Of a DNA stretch of 64,000 nt, positions 52,268 to 62,914 are shown in pieces. Position numbers and translations under genes: made by a program. The notes beneath the pieces are model-generated. The model worked only from the letters and a program-made list of their open reading frames with translations. It was not told the origin of the DNA and did no database searches. Source of the stretch: Psilocybe cubensis (Eukaryota); NCBI GenBank assembly GCA_017499595.2, contig CM038999.1, forward strand, positions 2,790,001 through 2,854,000, written 5' to 3'. Each line of letters starts with the position of its first letter. The stretch's first letter is position 1.

Positions 52268-53984
52268 ATGTTAAACCTGTTGCTGCTTCCTCTCTCCCTT
52301 TTGACAACCACCGTCGTCGCTCTCGATACTTTTAACACCACTATAACTCGTAGCAACTCTACTATTTCTGCGGCATGGTACACAGGCTGGCATGCGACAG
52401 ATTTTCCACTATCCAATGTTAGCTGGTCGAAATACACTCACTTAACTTATGCATTTGCGTGAGTCGTGTCTCCGTTGCTTGCGATCATTAATTCAACCTC
52501 TAATCGGTTTCTCAAATTCTTAATCTCTCAACGTTTCTACAGTATCACAACCCCAGACGTCAACATCCTCTCTTTGGATTCCTCGGACGTCAAGCTGCTC
52601 CCGCAATTTGTTTCCTTGGCTAAACAACATGTGAATTACTCCAACCTCTTCTAAATTTGCTGTGCGAAAATAACCTTTTGTCTTCCAATAGGGTGTGAAA
52701 GCCAGCATTTCTATAGGTGGCTGGACCGGTTCCCGCTATTTTTCTTCGAACGTGAGGACAGCCACTAATCGGACAGCGTTCGTAAAAACTGTCACTTCCC
52801 TGGCCGAAAAATACAACCTTGATGGTGTGGATTTCGAGTGCGTAGTTTCGTTGTGTATAAATTCGCCGTAGGAACTGATTGATCGCTTAAACAGCTGGGA
52901 GTTTCCAGGTATACAGGGTATTGGATGTAACCTTGTTGATCCCAACGACACCAATAACTTCCTTGCTTTCCTCCATGAACTTCGCAACACACCAACGGGG
53001 AAGAATCTTATTCTTTCTGCCGCGACTTTCGATACTCCATGGGTGGATTCCACGGGCTTGCCATCGATGAACATCTCTGAATTCAGTCAAGTGTTGGATT
53101 ATATCGCCATCATGAATTATGATGTTAAGTCCAACGCCTCCGTAGGAGCTGGTCCAAGTTCACCTTTGGACGATTCATGTGCACCTGTTGGGGCGCGCTT
53201 TGGCTCTGCTGTCTCAGCGGTCAAAGACTGGACATCTGCAGGGATGCCCGCGCACCAAATTGTCCTCGGTGTACCTGCTTATGGCCATTCGTTTGTTGCT
53301 GCCATTCCTTATCTTGGAGGTTCCAATACGACGCTCCAGAACCCACAATTTCTGTATTATCCCCCCTATGCTGTCAATGCGTCACGCCGTGGTGATAGGT
53401 GGGACGGTGATGGCGGATTAGACGTCTGCGGTGTTTTGGAAGGCCCTGGTGGCATCTATACTTACTGGGGTTTGATGGAGGAGGGCTTCTTGAACCAAGA
53501 TGGCTCAGTGAAAGATGGTATTCTATCCCGTTTCGATAATTGCAGTCAAACAGTAAGTCGGTTGAAACTCTACAAGAATTTTGCTTATCCTTCCGAATAG
53601 CCTTCCCTGTATAACAAGACAAGTGGTATTTACGTCTCGTATGATAATGCGCAGTCGTTCGCCATCAAAGGCGGTTTCATCCAAGCGGCCGGTTTAAAGG
53701 GGTTTGCGATTTGGGAAGCGGGTGGGGACTTCAATGACACTTTACTGGATTCTATTCGTAAGTCCCTGATTTCAACGCAACCCCGACACATTTTTACGAA
53801 AAATTAAATGCGTTTAGTGAATGCGACCCAGAATGGCGGGCCAAACTTGGTCTCGTCGTGGAACACGACTCAAGGAGGCAATAATCTGCCTCATTCCTCT
53901 GGCTTCTCAGAGCGCCTCGAGGGCGCACAAGCGGTGTGGCATGCCCTGTTGTTCTTGGTGGTCATCGCGCTTTACGCCTCGTAA
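52268..53984 (+). CDS. GH18 chitinase, secreted, with a hydrophobic C-terminal tail
   Basis: Signal peptide MLNLLLLPLSLLTTTVVA; WSKYTHLTYAFA; SIGGWTGS; catalytic LDGVDFD|WE (DxxDxDxE); IMNYD; LGVPAYGHSF; SYDNAQS; GFAIWEAGGD. Confidence 0.95.
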
Positions 53985-55787
53985 CATAACGTACATTCGG
54001 CCATACGAGATCAAGACGGACATGAAGTGGATTTTAGTACCCGTTGCACGGAGGGTGCGTTGAATAGTCAACTTAAACTTCCTGACACATCACAATCATA
54101 GCTGTATAACTTTTAAAATACTCGGAGTTGCCGATTAGCTTGCCTCATGGGATGAAATGTTCCTCGATGATATTTATTTTCTTGCATCATTTCTGCCCAA
54201 AAGATCGGGGGCTGTTAATAAAATGTCACGGTATCATGTATTTTCAGGCGGCGTCGACTCTGCTCATTTAGGACAACATTGACATAAATTTGGTCTCTTT
54301 CACTTGATGCGCCTCTCCTTCAACGTCTACTTCTCTCTCTTGATGATGAGCACATCTCAGCCGGGAGGTGATACATATTCATCGGAGCATCATATCATCA
54401 TATTTTCTGACCATCTGGATGGTCGGCGCTGATTCATGGATACAAGCTCGTAGATAACCAGCTGACGCGAAAATACAAGCCCTCCATTCTAGAAAGGTAG
54501 ATGATAAGCTATGTACGGCGGAGCAGCTCCAAAAAACACTCGCTTGAACGGTCGGGGCATGCCGCATCAAAACTACATTAGTTTCTGTGGCGCGCGTGTG
54601 GGCAAGGCGTCGTGGCCACGATGCATATCTGTTGGTCCTAAGCGCGTCAAAAGTACTGTGGGCTATGACGCTATAACGTTATACGCCTTCGTATGTGTCC
54701 TGACATATCTACTTGGACCTACCAATTGACTTCGTCTGGACGAGCTTTGCTCGACTTCAATATCTTGTGTTACGCGTCGAGGTTGCCAAAATCACATCGA
54801 TGTTACGGCAGCAATGGAGCATTTTCTCGAATTCCGGCTTCATACAGATCACCTCTTCGTGCGTCCGGGGTTCATAGCCTGCATGCAGAACTACGCCAGT
54901 TTGATAAATATGGGCACTCTTGTGTTTTTCTCGAGATATTTACGGACCTTGTCATTAAGCTCGAAAGAGCTAATGTCTCCGAACGCGGGGAAGTGGCACA
55001 TTCTTGGGACAGGTGTGCAAGTACGACCGGGTAACTTACGAATCTGCGATATGTTCCATGGAACCTGATTCTCCCAAAATGCACGAAAAGGAAGGGTGCT
55101 ACTGCCTCTGAGTTATTGGGCCATCAGGTACCAGAATACCTCCCCACTGAACCATTTCCCAGCTTCGTTACAAGTTAATCCGAGGTTGCGACGCCCCTCT
55201 GACACGATTCGAGAATAGGGCATGCTAATTGCCTCGCCGTAAACATGAGTCTCTGGTGAGGTATAGCCATCAATTCCGTGTCAAGCCAAAATCCATAAGC
55301 CATCAATTCTATCTCAGGCCCTCAAATGTGTTATCCGCATTCCTCGCAAACTCGCGTTTTATAACCAGAATATTATTCTTGTTCCTTATCCGCCTATTTC
55401 ACAAAATTAAAATCCCCCAATCCTAGTAGCCCTCGCTCCATTGTCCGCTTTGCCTACACTAACGCTTGATCCCGAAGCCCGAAAAGGCATGTCGAGATCG
55501 CGTCTGTCCTTGTAACATCCTTTGAACTTGCCTGATATAGGATACCCTTTGTTCTGCAATTTTGCAGGTGTGAAAGATACGTCCGACCAGTTGCCCGTTC
55601 AACGAGCTCCAGCACAAGTCCTTGCATTCTGCCTCACCCCTTGGCCGTAATTCTGATATAAGAATGGACAGGCATTGTTCCCAATCACATTTTTGACGAA
55701 GCGCTCGTTACCGTTGTACGCACTCTTCACCCCTTGCGCATCTCATCGCTCCTTTCTCAAGCGTTGTATGCTTCAATCCATGCACAG

Positions 55788-55991
55788 ATGACATCCGATT
55801 CACCATCACCGCAGAACGTGCGGAAACAGGTTTGCCCATCAAGCCCAACAATCACCCCTGCTCAAGCAATTTTGGAGGCATGGAAAAGAGAAACGCGAGA
55901 AAATCAAGAAAAGTGGAGAAAGATTGACGCAGAGGTGAAGGCGCGGTATAATACGCCGGCAAGACTACCAGATGCAAAGACAAAGATGTAG
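55788..55991 (+). CDS. Candidate 67-aa microprotein
   Basis: MTSDSPSPQ...AQAILEAWKRETRENQEKWRKIDAEVKARY...KM*. TATA-like TATAAGAA at ~55657, pyrimidine-rich leader and a canonical-looking intron downstream (56018-56081). Confidence 0.35.
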   Translation: MTSDSPSPQNVRKQVCPSSPTITPAQAILEAWKRETRENQEKWRKIDAEVKARYNTPARLPDAKTKM

Positions 55992-56282
55992 CCGTTGCGC
56001 GGCGGGCCGTATGTCGGGTAAGCGCGGCTCCTATATTGCTTGCGCATTGTTCTGTCTTACTGACATTTGAGCACCCTACAGCGCGATTGCAAACATATCT
56101 GCTCATTATCTTCGACTTCGGAGCAGATATGTCATGCCGACCACTTTTTGAACGTTGTCCACGAGTGTGGTTCCTGTTTCTGACGTTGAAATTATTTATC
56201 CCGTCAAAGTTTACTGTAGCAAATCAAAGATTGAAAGAACGAACCTGCTTTCCTGTACATTCTTCTCGGCCCAATATAATAC

Positions 56283-58238
56283 TCACTCCGGAACGGGTTC
56301 TTTATCTTGTTCCATCTCGCTGTCATCGTAGTCATTGTCATCCTGATCGTAATCCTCTTCCTCTTCCTCGAGAGCTGCCTCAGCTTCAGCCTGGGCTTGC
56401 GCGGCAGATGCAGCACTGGCAATCGCAATTTCCAGAAGCTGGGCCTGTTCGTCAGAAAGACCGTACATAGATAGGGAAGTGTGTGGTGGTTGAGGGATCT
56501 CCGGATTCTCTCCCGCCGTTTGAGGCAGGACCAAGTTTTCATCTGAAGTGGGCGCATTGGTTCCCACAGAATTATCAGACGCCTCTCCGAAAGTGCCATT
56601 TCCTGAAAGAGGAGAAGTTACAAACGTGGAGGCAGGTATACTCTGTGATTGAGCACGGGCGATAACACTCGCCAAAGTTGCTTGACCTGCTGATGGGTCC
56701 ATGGGTACTGTCGACGGATGCCCAACAGGGTTTCCCAGAGCATTCCCGACCAGAACCTGGAGGAGACCGTGCAGACCAAGCACGGAGCTTTGGATATGTG
56801 CTATGACGGCTGGGTTAATCTCCCCTTCGTCGATGGTCTTGATATCTCGGAAATGGTTCTGAATATTGGAAGTCGACACACCCGACGCCTCGTTAACAAC
56901 GATCCCATTCCATATTTTGGCCCTTCTTTCCTCCCTCAAAGTGTCCTCGCCCTCTTCGCCGTCCAACTGGACCTCGATAATGTCTGCCATTAAGCAGATT
57001 TCGCTCTTGGGCCCCCGATTTTTTGTCCCTGTTTTATGGCGTTTGATAGCATCTCTTCTAGAAAAAATTTTATGGCAGCCCTCGCACTTCCATGCCTTTT
57101 TGTCGTGAAGTTTCAGATGCCGTTTCAGGTCATGGTTTCGAGCAAAAGAGGCGGGACAGACACTGCAACGGTATGGTCGATGTGAAGCATGGCTTCGTTG
57201 ATGTGCACGTAGAGTGTATAATCGGGAAAAGACTTTGTGGCAACCAACAACGAGGCACGGGTAAACAGCTGTACCAATGTCTGTAGTCGCGGAGTGCTGA
57301 TTTTGACTCCATGGATAAGAAGCATTTGCGCCAAACGATTGCCCATGTGGGTGAGGGATATTGTCCGGTGAGTGCCCAATTTGGATTCCACTGAGCACAC
57401 CAATGACCTGAATTAACCCGCCAATTTCTTGTAGTGCATGCATAGTAGGGCCAGCAACAGCTGCAGACGTCACAGCAAACAGGAAGACCTGGTGCAATTG
57501 AAGGCGAATAGAAGACACTAAAGCAGGGTCGAGGGCCTGTGAAGGTGAAGTCCCGAGCGCTTGTGAGATGATACGCACGGCTTCCACAACCTGATTCTGA
57601 AGGTCAAAATCTGGCATGTACGGACGTTTGAAGGCGTAGGTAGGTTGATAATTTCCGTCATCGAACTCCCGTTTACGTTTTCCTTTGTCTAGTTGGATGG
57701 CAGACGCATTAGATTGCTTCAAATTCCCGAATAGGCTTGTGGACCGTGCCAAAGTGACAATAACTTGACTCAACGGTCCTGCAATGCCGCTAGAGATGGT
57801 CCCAAGGGTACTACATTGCAACAGGATATCATGAACATTTGGCCCATTAGGTATGGTGGTGGATACAAGGGTGCTTTTGGCAAGTGGGTCATTCTCTACA
57901 AGAGTGAGAATAGCTTTCATAGTGGCGACGATAGCCTCCTCTTTACGCGGTAGATGAGAAATAACCTGTGCAGCAGCCGCATGCGAACCCCCACTGGCTG
58001 TAGGAATATTTCGCCCTTCAATAGGGATGGGCACAGTTTCAGCCGAAGCAGCATTCTCTGCGGTGACCTTGGTAATATCTGCCCAAAGTTGCTCTCCTAG
58101 TCTTCTGGCTATCTCTTGAGCTTCAGCATCGATGTCGGCATCATCGTCATCGTCATAGTCCTCATCGTCATCCCATTCTTCCTCAGGCTGCTCACCCGTG
58201 TCCATGTCCGTCGAAATATTGGGGGGTGGCTCTTCCAT
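56283..58238 (-). CDS. C2H2 zinc-finger transcription factor, single exon
   Basis: YPCLVVGCHKVFSRLYTLRAHQRSH, YRCSVCPASFARNHDLKRHLKLH, WKCEGCHKIFSRRDAIKRHK; NLS-like KGKRKR; acidic N- and C-termini. Confidence 0.93.
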   Translation of the reverse strand: MEEPPPNISTDMDTGEQPEEEWDDDEDYDDDDDADIDAEAQEIARRLGEQLWADITKVTAENAASAETVPIPIEGRNIPTASGGSHAAAAQVISHLPRKEEAIVATMKAILTLVENDPLAKSTLVSTTIPNGPNVHDILLQCSTLGTISSGIAGPLSQVIVTLARSTSLFGNLKQSNASAIQLDKGKRKREFDDGNYQPTYAFKRPYMPDFDLQNQVVEAVRIISQALGTSPSQALDPALVSSIRLQLHQVFLFAVTSAAVAGPTMHALQEIGGLIQVIGVLSGIQIGHSPDNIPHPHGQSFGANASYPWSQNQHSATTDIGTAVYPCLVVGCHKVFSRLYTLRAHQRSHASHRPYRCSVCPASFARNHDLKRHLKLHDKKAWKCEGCHKIFSRRDAIKRHKTGTKNRGPKSEICLMADIIEVQLDGEEGEDTLREERRAKIWNGIVVNEASGVSTSNIQNHFRDIKTIDEGEINPAVIAHIQSSVLGLHGLLQVLVGNALGNPVGHPSTVPMDPSAGQATLASVIARAQSQSIPASTFVTSPLSGNGTFGEASDNSVGTNAPTSDENLVLPQTAGENPEIPQPPHTSLSMYGLSDEQAQLLEIAIASAASAAQAQAEAEAALEEEEEDYDQDDNDYDDSEMEQDKEPVPE

Positions 58239-58574
58239 TAACACCCTGACCCAAGTTTGTAGCAATTATGACTAACCTATTGTCGCGTGCACCCGATACG
58301 AATGCGAGGTTGGAAAAGAGAGTAAAGGGCGCCGCCAAATTTTGTGGCCGACTAGTTTGGATGAATGGGAGTCTTGTTTAGGAAGGGGCGGAGTTGTACT
58401 TGATTGAATCTAAAGCCGTTGGTTTATCTTATCAGCTTGATTTGTACAAATTTGTGACGCGCCGATCAGTGCACCCTGCAAAGTATTGCCGAATCAAAGT
58501 TTTTATAAAAATCGTACACTTGCAGCTGGCAGAGCCTTGAGCACGTTTCGCCATCCTTCTTCTCGCCAGTGACA

Positions 58575-59799
58575 ATGTCGAAGACCGTAAAGGATTTGAC
58601 CGCTGGGACCGCTGGTGGAATTGCCCAGGTCGGTTTGACCGTATGTTTGATGCATGATCTCCAGTTCACATGGTCGTTTTAGGTGCTCGTGGGCCAGCCA
58701 TTTGACATTGTCAAAGTGGTCAGTTAGCCATAAATTCTTGTCCATCTTCCATTCCCATTCAATGCTGTTCTCCCATAGCGTATGCAAACTGCGCCCAAAG
58801 GGACATACAATGGAATGGTGCACTGTGCCGGCGGAATATTGAAAAACGAAGGTCCCTTGGCATTCTACAAGGTATTGCGCACCATGTGAACCCAGAGAGG
58901 GCCACTTCTGAAGTTATTTCAGGGCACCTTGACACCGCTTCTGGGCATTGGTGTTTGCGTGTCCATCCAATTTGGCGCTCTAGAATACGCCAAAAGAATA
59001 TTTGCTTCCCAGAATGTCGCCCTTGGGAGAGGAGGAGAAGGAGGAAAGGTACTGACTGGACAACAATTATTTGCAGCTGGTGTTTTTGCTGGTCTCTCAA
59101 ATGGTGTCGTTTCAGGGCCCGTAGAACACATCCGTATTCGTGAGTTGCTAATCCCAAGTACCTTTTTTTTTCGCTAACACGCACCCGTCAGGATTACAGA
59201 CTCAGTCAAATACCAACCCTCTGTATAATGGTCCTTGGGATGCTATCAAGAAAATTTACGGGCAAAGTGGTATTGCTGGCATTTACAAGGGACAAGCTGT
59301 TACCCTGTTGCGTGAAGCTTCCGGTTATGGTGTCTATTTCTTGACATACGAGAAGCTAGTCCAACGAGAGATGGCCAAGAAGAACATCAGACGAGATGAA
59401 ATTCCCCTCATCAATGCAGTTGGATATGGTGCTGCTGCTGGATACGCTGTGAGCCTTCAGCATTTCATTAAATGGTTCTAATTGACTAAAAACCAATAAC
59501 ATTAGCTATGGGCCATCATTTACCCCATCGATATGATCAAGTCTCGAATGCAAACGGATGGATTCTCGCCAGCCACTGGCCAGAAATATAAATCTACACT
59601 GGATTGTGTGCGCACTGTCTGGCGAACTGAAGGGCCTGGTGCTTTCATTCGAGGAATAGTCCCGACACTGATCCGGTATGTCAATTAAAGTTAAAAAACT
59701 AAACACATGCACTTACGCTCGTGTTACAGTTCGCCTTTCGCAAATGGTGCCACCTTCGTAGGGTTCGAAATGGCCATGCGTGTACTGGATAAACTATGA
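58575..59799 (+). CDS. Mitochondrial carrier (SLC25), Ymc1/amino-acid-carnitine carrier-like (multi-exon)
   Basis: Three Px[DE]xx[KR] signatures (QPFDIVKV|RMQ, GPVEHIRI|RLQ, YPIDMIKSRMQ); EGPLAFYK|G; SPFANGATFVGFE. Confidence 0.93.
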
Positions 59800-60070
59800 T
59801 TACTTCTCATGGCTGTCAAAGCTGCGCAGACAATATTTGAATGGTTTTATTATCAATTTCCGCTGGGCACTCAGTAGTATACCCTTTCATAACCATGCAA
59901 TAATATGCCCCCAACACACACCATCCTCGAGCACTAGAATGGCTAGACAGGATATAGACAGGCATTTAACACGTAATTGATGATTATAGGTTTTTTGTTG
60001 TACAACTTCTAATCCTGCTTCTCGCACAACTGTTTAATAAAGCATCCTTCGAAAGATTGTGGGATCGACC

Positions 60071-61510
60071 TCAACCTTCAATTGGGGTAGGGGCAATTTT
60101 GTCTTGATCCACGTCATATTGCCACAGCACAGCTTCTCCATCAAGGAAGGCTACTCCCATTTCAGATTCGAACCGCTCTGCCCACCAAATAAAGATATCT
60201 CGGGCGATTCTTTCTGCATGTGCGTCGACTAGAAAGCCTATAATTTGTATAACCTGAAGTCTGGGATATTTATCGAAGTTGATCGCCATTAAATGGTCTC
60301 GCAGAGTTGAAGATTTCTGGGGATATAGCCCGTCGAGTTTGCAGCCTCTAAAACCTATACGACGAAGAGTACGATGGATATGAGAAGTAATTTGCATTGC
60401 ATTTGCAGGGAAGGAAATGGTGTCCAATATGGGACATAAATCTTGATTAAGGAATATATTGACGTTAACGTATGGTGTTGTTGGTTCGCGTATTTGGGAT
60501 TCGGTTTCAAATTCTAGTGGGAGCGGGACGTCAACTGTTGTTATGAACGCCCCGTTTATCTTCAGAAAATTGGCCAAGAGCTTCTCGCTCTCAATGCACC
60601 AACCGGTGGTTTGAAGAGTGAGGTTTCTCAGCGATGGCATTGCTATGAAAGTCGCAACTTTTAAACATTCAGGACGCATGGACAGAATGAGATCTTGAAG
60701 GTATGGTAATTTTGGTGTGGGTGGTTCTGACCAAGTGTTTGGCTCGCTTCCCAGAAAATGATGGAGGTCAAGAGTACGGAGGGATTGGAAGGCTCCCAAA
60801 AATTCTGGCGTTGTAGCTGTAAGAAATTTAGATTGTCGTAATGGCTTGGGGGTTGTTTCTTTCCAAAACAATGCACGCAGTGAAGGGCCAAGAAGTTTCG
60901 CTACCGCCTGCAGAAAGTCGACATGAATAAGATTTGTCCAGTTTCCGCTCAAGATCCTGAGCTCTGGACATAATTCGAGGATCTTGTAGATTGCATGCAA
61001 ATATCTTATGTCATTAGCACCGCGCGTGAACGTGAAGATCTCAATGTGGCGCGTCCATTGTCCATAAGGCTCGTGGTTTGACACGCCGTGTTGCAAAGCC
61101 CTGAGAATGAGTTGGGCACGATGGATGCTGCGTACTTCGATATGCCGGTATAGCAGTTGCAACGCAATGTTCCTCCACTCTTTAGATACAAGCACAAGTA
61201 CGAGCTTTGTTCGCGATGCCAATGAGGGTGAGTTGGCACCCAGAGCACTTCTGCAGACATGTCTTGGGGTAAAAGGGTCGAGGGGTGTAATGGTAGATTG
61301 ACTGTGGACATAAGTAGCGAATTCAAATATTTCCAACCACAGCTCTGGTGGCAATTGAGGAGTGACTGTTCTCCGGTGGTAGTATGTTGTAATCGGTTGT
61401 GTGTGTTCACAATCGCACTCAGGGGTTAATGACATCTTTGGCCAGGAAGGAGTGGTTAACTTGAGGGGACTGCTTCGAAGTAAGGACCCTGTGACGACAT
61501 TTGACAACAT
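60071..61510 (-). CDS. F-box/LRR-like protein, single exon (alternative start at 61435)
   Basis: F-box PQLPPELWLEIFEFAT...LVLVSKEWRNIALQLLYRHI, then LRR-like CPELRILS, FQSLRTLDL, LPYLQDLIL, MPSLRNLTL, YPRLQVIQI. Confidence 0.88.
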   Translation of the reverse strand: MLSNVVTGSLLRSSPLKLTTPSWPKMSLTPECDCEHTQPITTYYHRRTVTPQLPPELWLEIFEFATYVHSQSTITPLDPFTPRHVCRSALGANSPSLASRTKLVLVLVSKEWRNIALQLLYRHIEVRSIHRAQLILRALQHGVSNHEPYGQWTRHIEIFTFTRGANDIRYLHAIYKILELCPELRILSGNWTNLIHVDFLQAVAKLLGPSLRALFWKETTPKPLRQSKFLTATTPEFLGAFQSLRTLDLHHFLGSEPNTWSEPPTPKLPYLQDLILSMRPECLKVATFIAMPSLRNLTLQTTGWCIESEKLLANFLKINGAFITTVDVPLPLEFETESQIREPTTPYVNVNIFLNQDLCPILDTISFPANAMQITSHIHRTLRRIGFRGCKLDGLYPQKSSTLRDHLMAINFDKYPRLQVIQIIGFLVDAHAERIARDIFIWWAERFESEMGVAFLDGEAVLWQYDVDQDKIAPTPIEG

Positions 61511-61746
61511 TCGGAAAGAGATATTTACCAGGCGGAGGAGCAGTATATTAGATTCCGCAACCGATGGAAGACATCCAACATGATATTGAGAAGAGTCAGA
61601 AACAAAGAGTGCCGACGTGACATTGGCTATATTAGCCTCCTATATTTGTCGACTGCACAAATAACTGCAAATACGTTCGGAATGGGTGTCGCAGTACACC
61701 TGCGGCTTATTGCAACTGCCAAGTCGTCTATCAACCCCTCTTAATC

Positions 61747-62914
61747 ATGTTGGCGTCTTGTTCTCTAGCTGCAATACTGGCAGCCTGTCTACACTTTACG
61801 AACGCTGTGGACGTGTATTTATCTCCTTCAGCCTTGTATCTTCACTCGGATTTGTCGCCAGAGGACGCGAGCACTGCGCTTTCTCGGCACCTTGGACTCG
61901 AGGCTTTTGAACCGTTGTGGGGAAATTCAGATCCTGTATACAGTGAAGAGCTTTTTGTAGGACAAGGGCCTAAGAGTGCGCTTCTCGTCACTGTCGAAGA
62001 AAGAGACGCACCAGGTAAAGTCCTCACAAATATGGCCGCACTTCGGTAACTGACGACATTTGACATTCTGCAGCTGTTCTACCAACCTCACTGCATCAAT
62101 CCTTTTCTTTAAACACGCCACCTTCAGCAGAAATCTACTCATTATCGTCAGTATTGTCGACATACCTACATCAAGCCAGCACCAACTTCGCGTCCATCTT
62201 TTCTTCTTTCCAATTCGGGCAATCAAATGACGTAGCATCCCTTGTATCTTTCTTCAAAACCTCAGAACAACCTGCGTTTGCTGCAGTCGAGTTGTCCAAG
62301 CTACATGATATTGGAGAGCAAGGAGGACGATACAGTGAAGAATACTTGGACATTGCTGATGAAATCCGTGCCTTGTTGCAACAACTCATAGACGACGATC
62401 GCTTTACCGTGGCGGTTCTTACCTATACCTCCCCTTCAGTGAACAAACGAGCTGCACCTCAAGAAACTCAGGCACCTCTCCCTCCATCAGATAAGCTACC
62501 CCCACAACAACCTATTGGATCGATTTCGACCTGTTTTACGACCTTGGACGCCTGTAATAACGGCACCTCTACTTGCTCAGGCAGAGGCCAATGCCTCCAA
62601 GCTTCAAAGGCTGGGCGAACATGTTTTGTATGCAGCTGTGGCATAACAACCACTGGAGAGGGAAACAAAATCAAGACTGATCACTGGGCAGGCGAAAGCT
62701 GTGAACGTAAGGACATCAGTGGGTAAGTGACCAAATTTTTCATCTCGTAAAATTGGCAATTCAATTTTTTCTCAGTCCATTTGTTCTACTCACTGGAACT
62801 GTGATCGTGATTATTTTGCTCATCGTTGGCTCCATTTCTCTACTTTACACTGTAGGGGATCAACCCTTGCCAAGCACCCTGTTAGCAACTGCTGTTCCTA
62901 CCAAAAAGGAATGA
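61747..62914 (+). CDS. DUF3844 (Vps3844-like) single-pass secretory-pathway protein, 3 exons
   Basis: Signal peptide; Cys-rich CFTTLDACNNGTSTCSGRGQC...CFVCSC...WAGESCERKDISG|PFVLL, a TM segment, then LYTVGDQPLPSTL. Confidence 0.88.

Noticed and set aside
35277..53984. Possible metabolic gene cluster (acetyltransferase, kinase, PLP enzyme, CoA-binding protein)
   Set aside because: No backbone enzyme (NRPS, PKS, terpene synthase) or RiPP precursor seen. The genes are conserved housekeeping types interleaved with RER1 and PIG-U.
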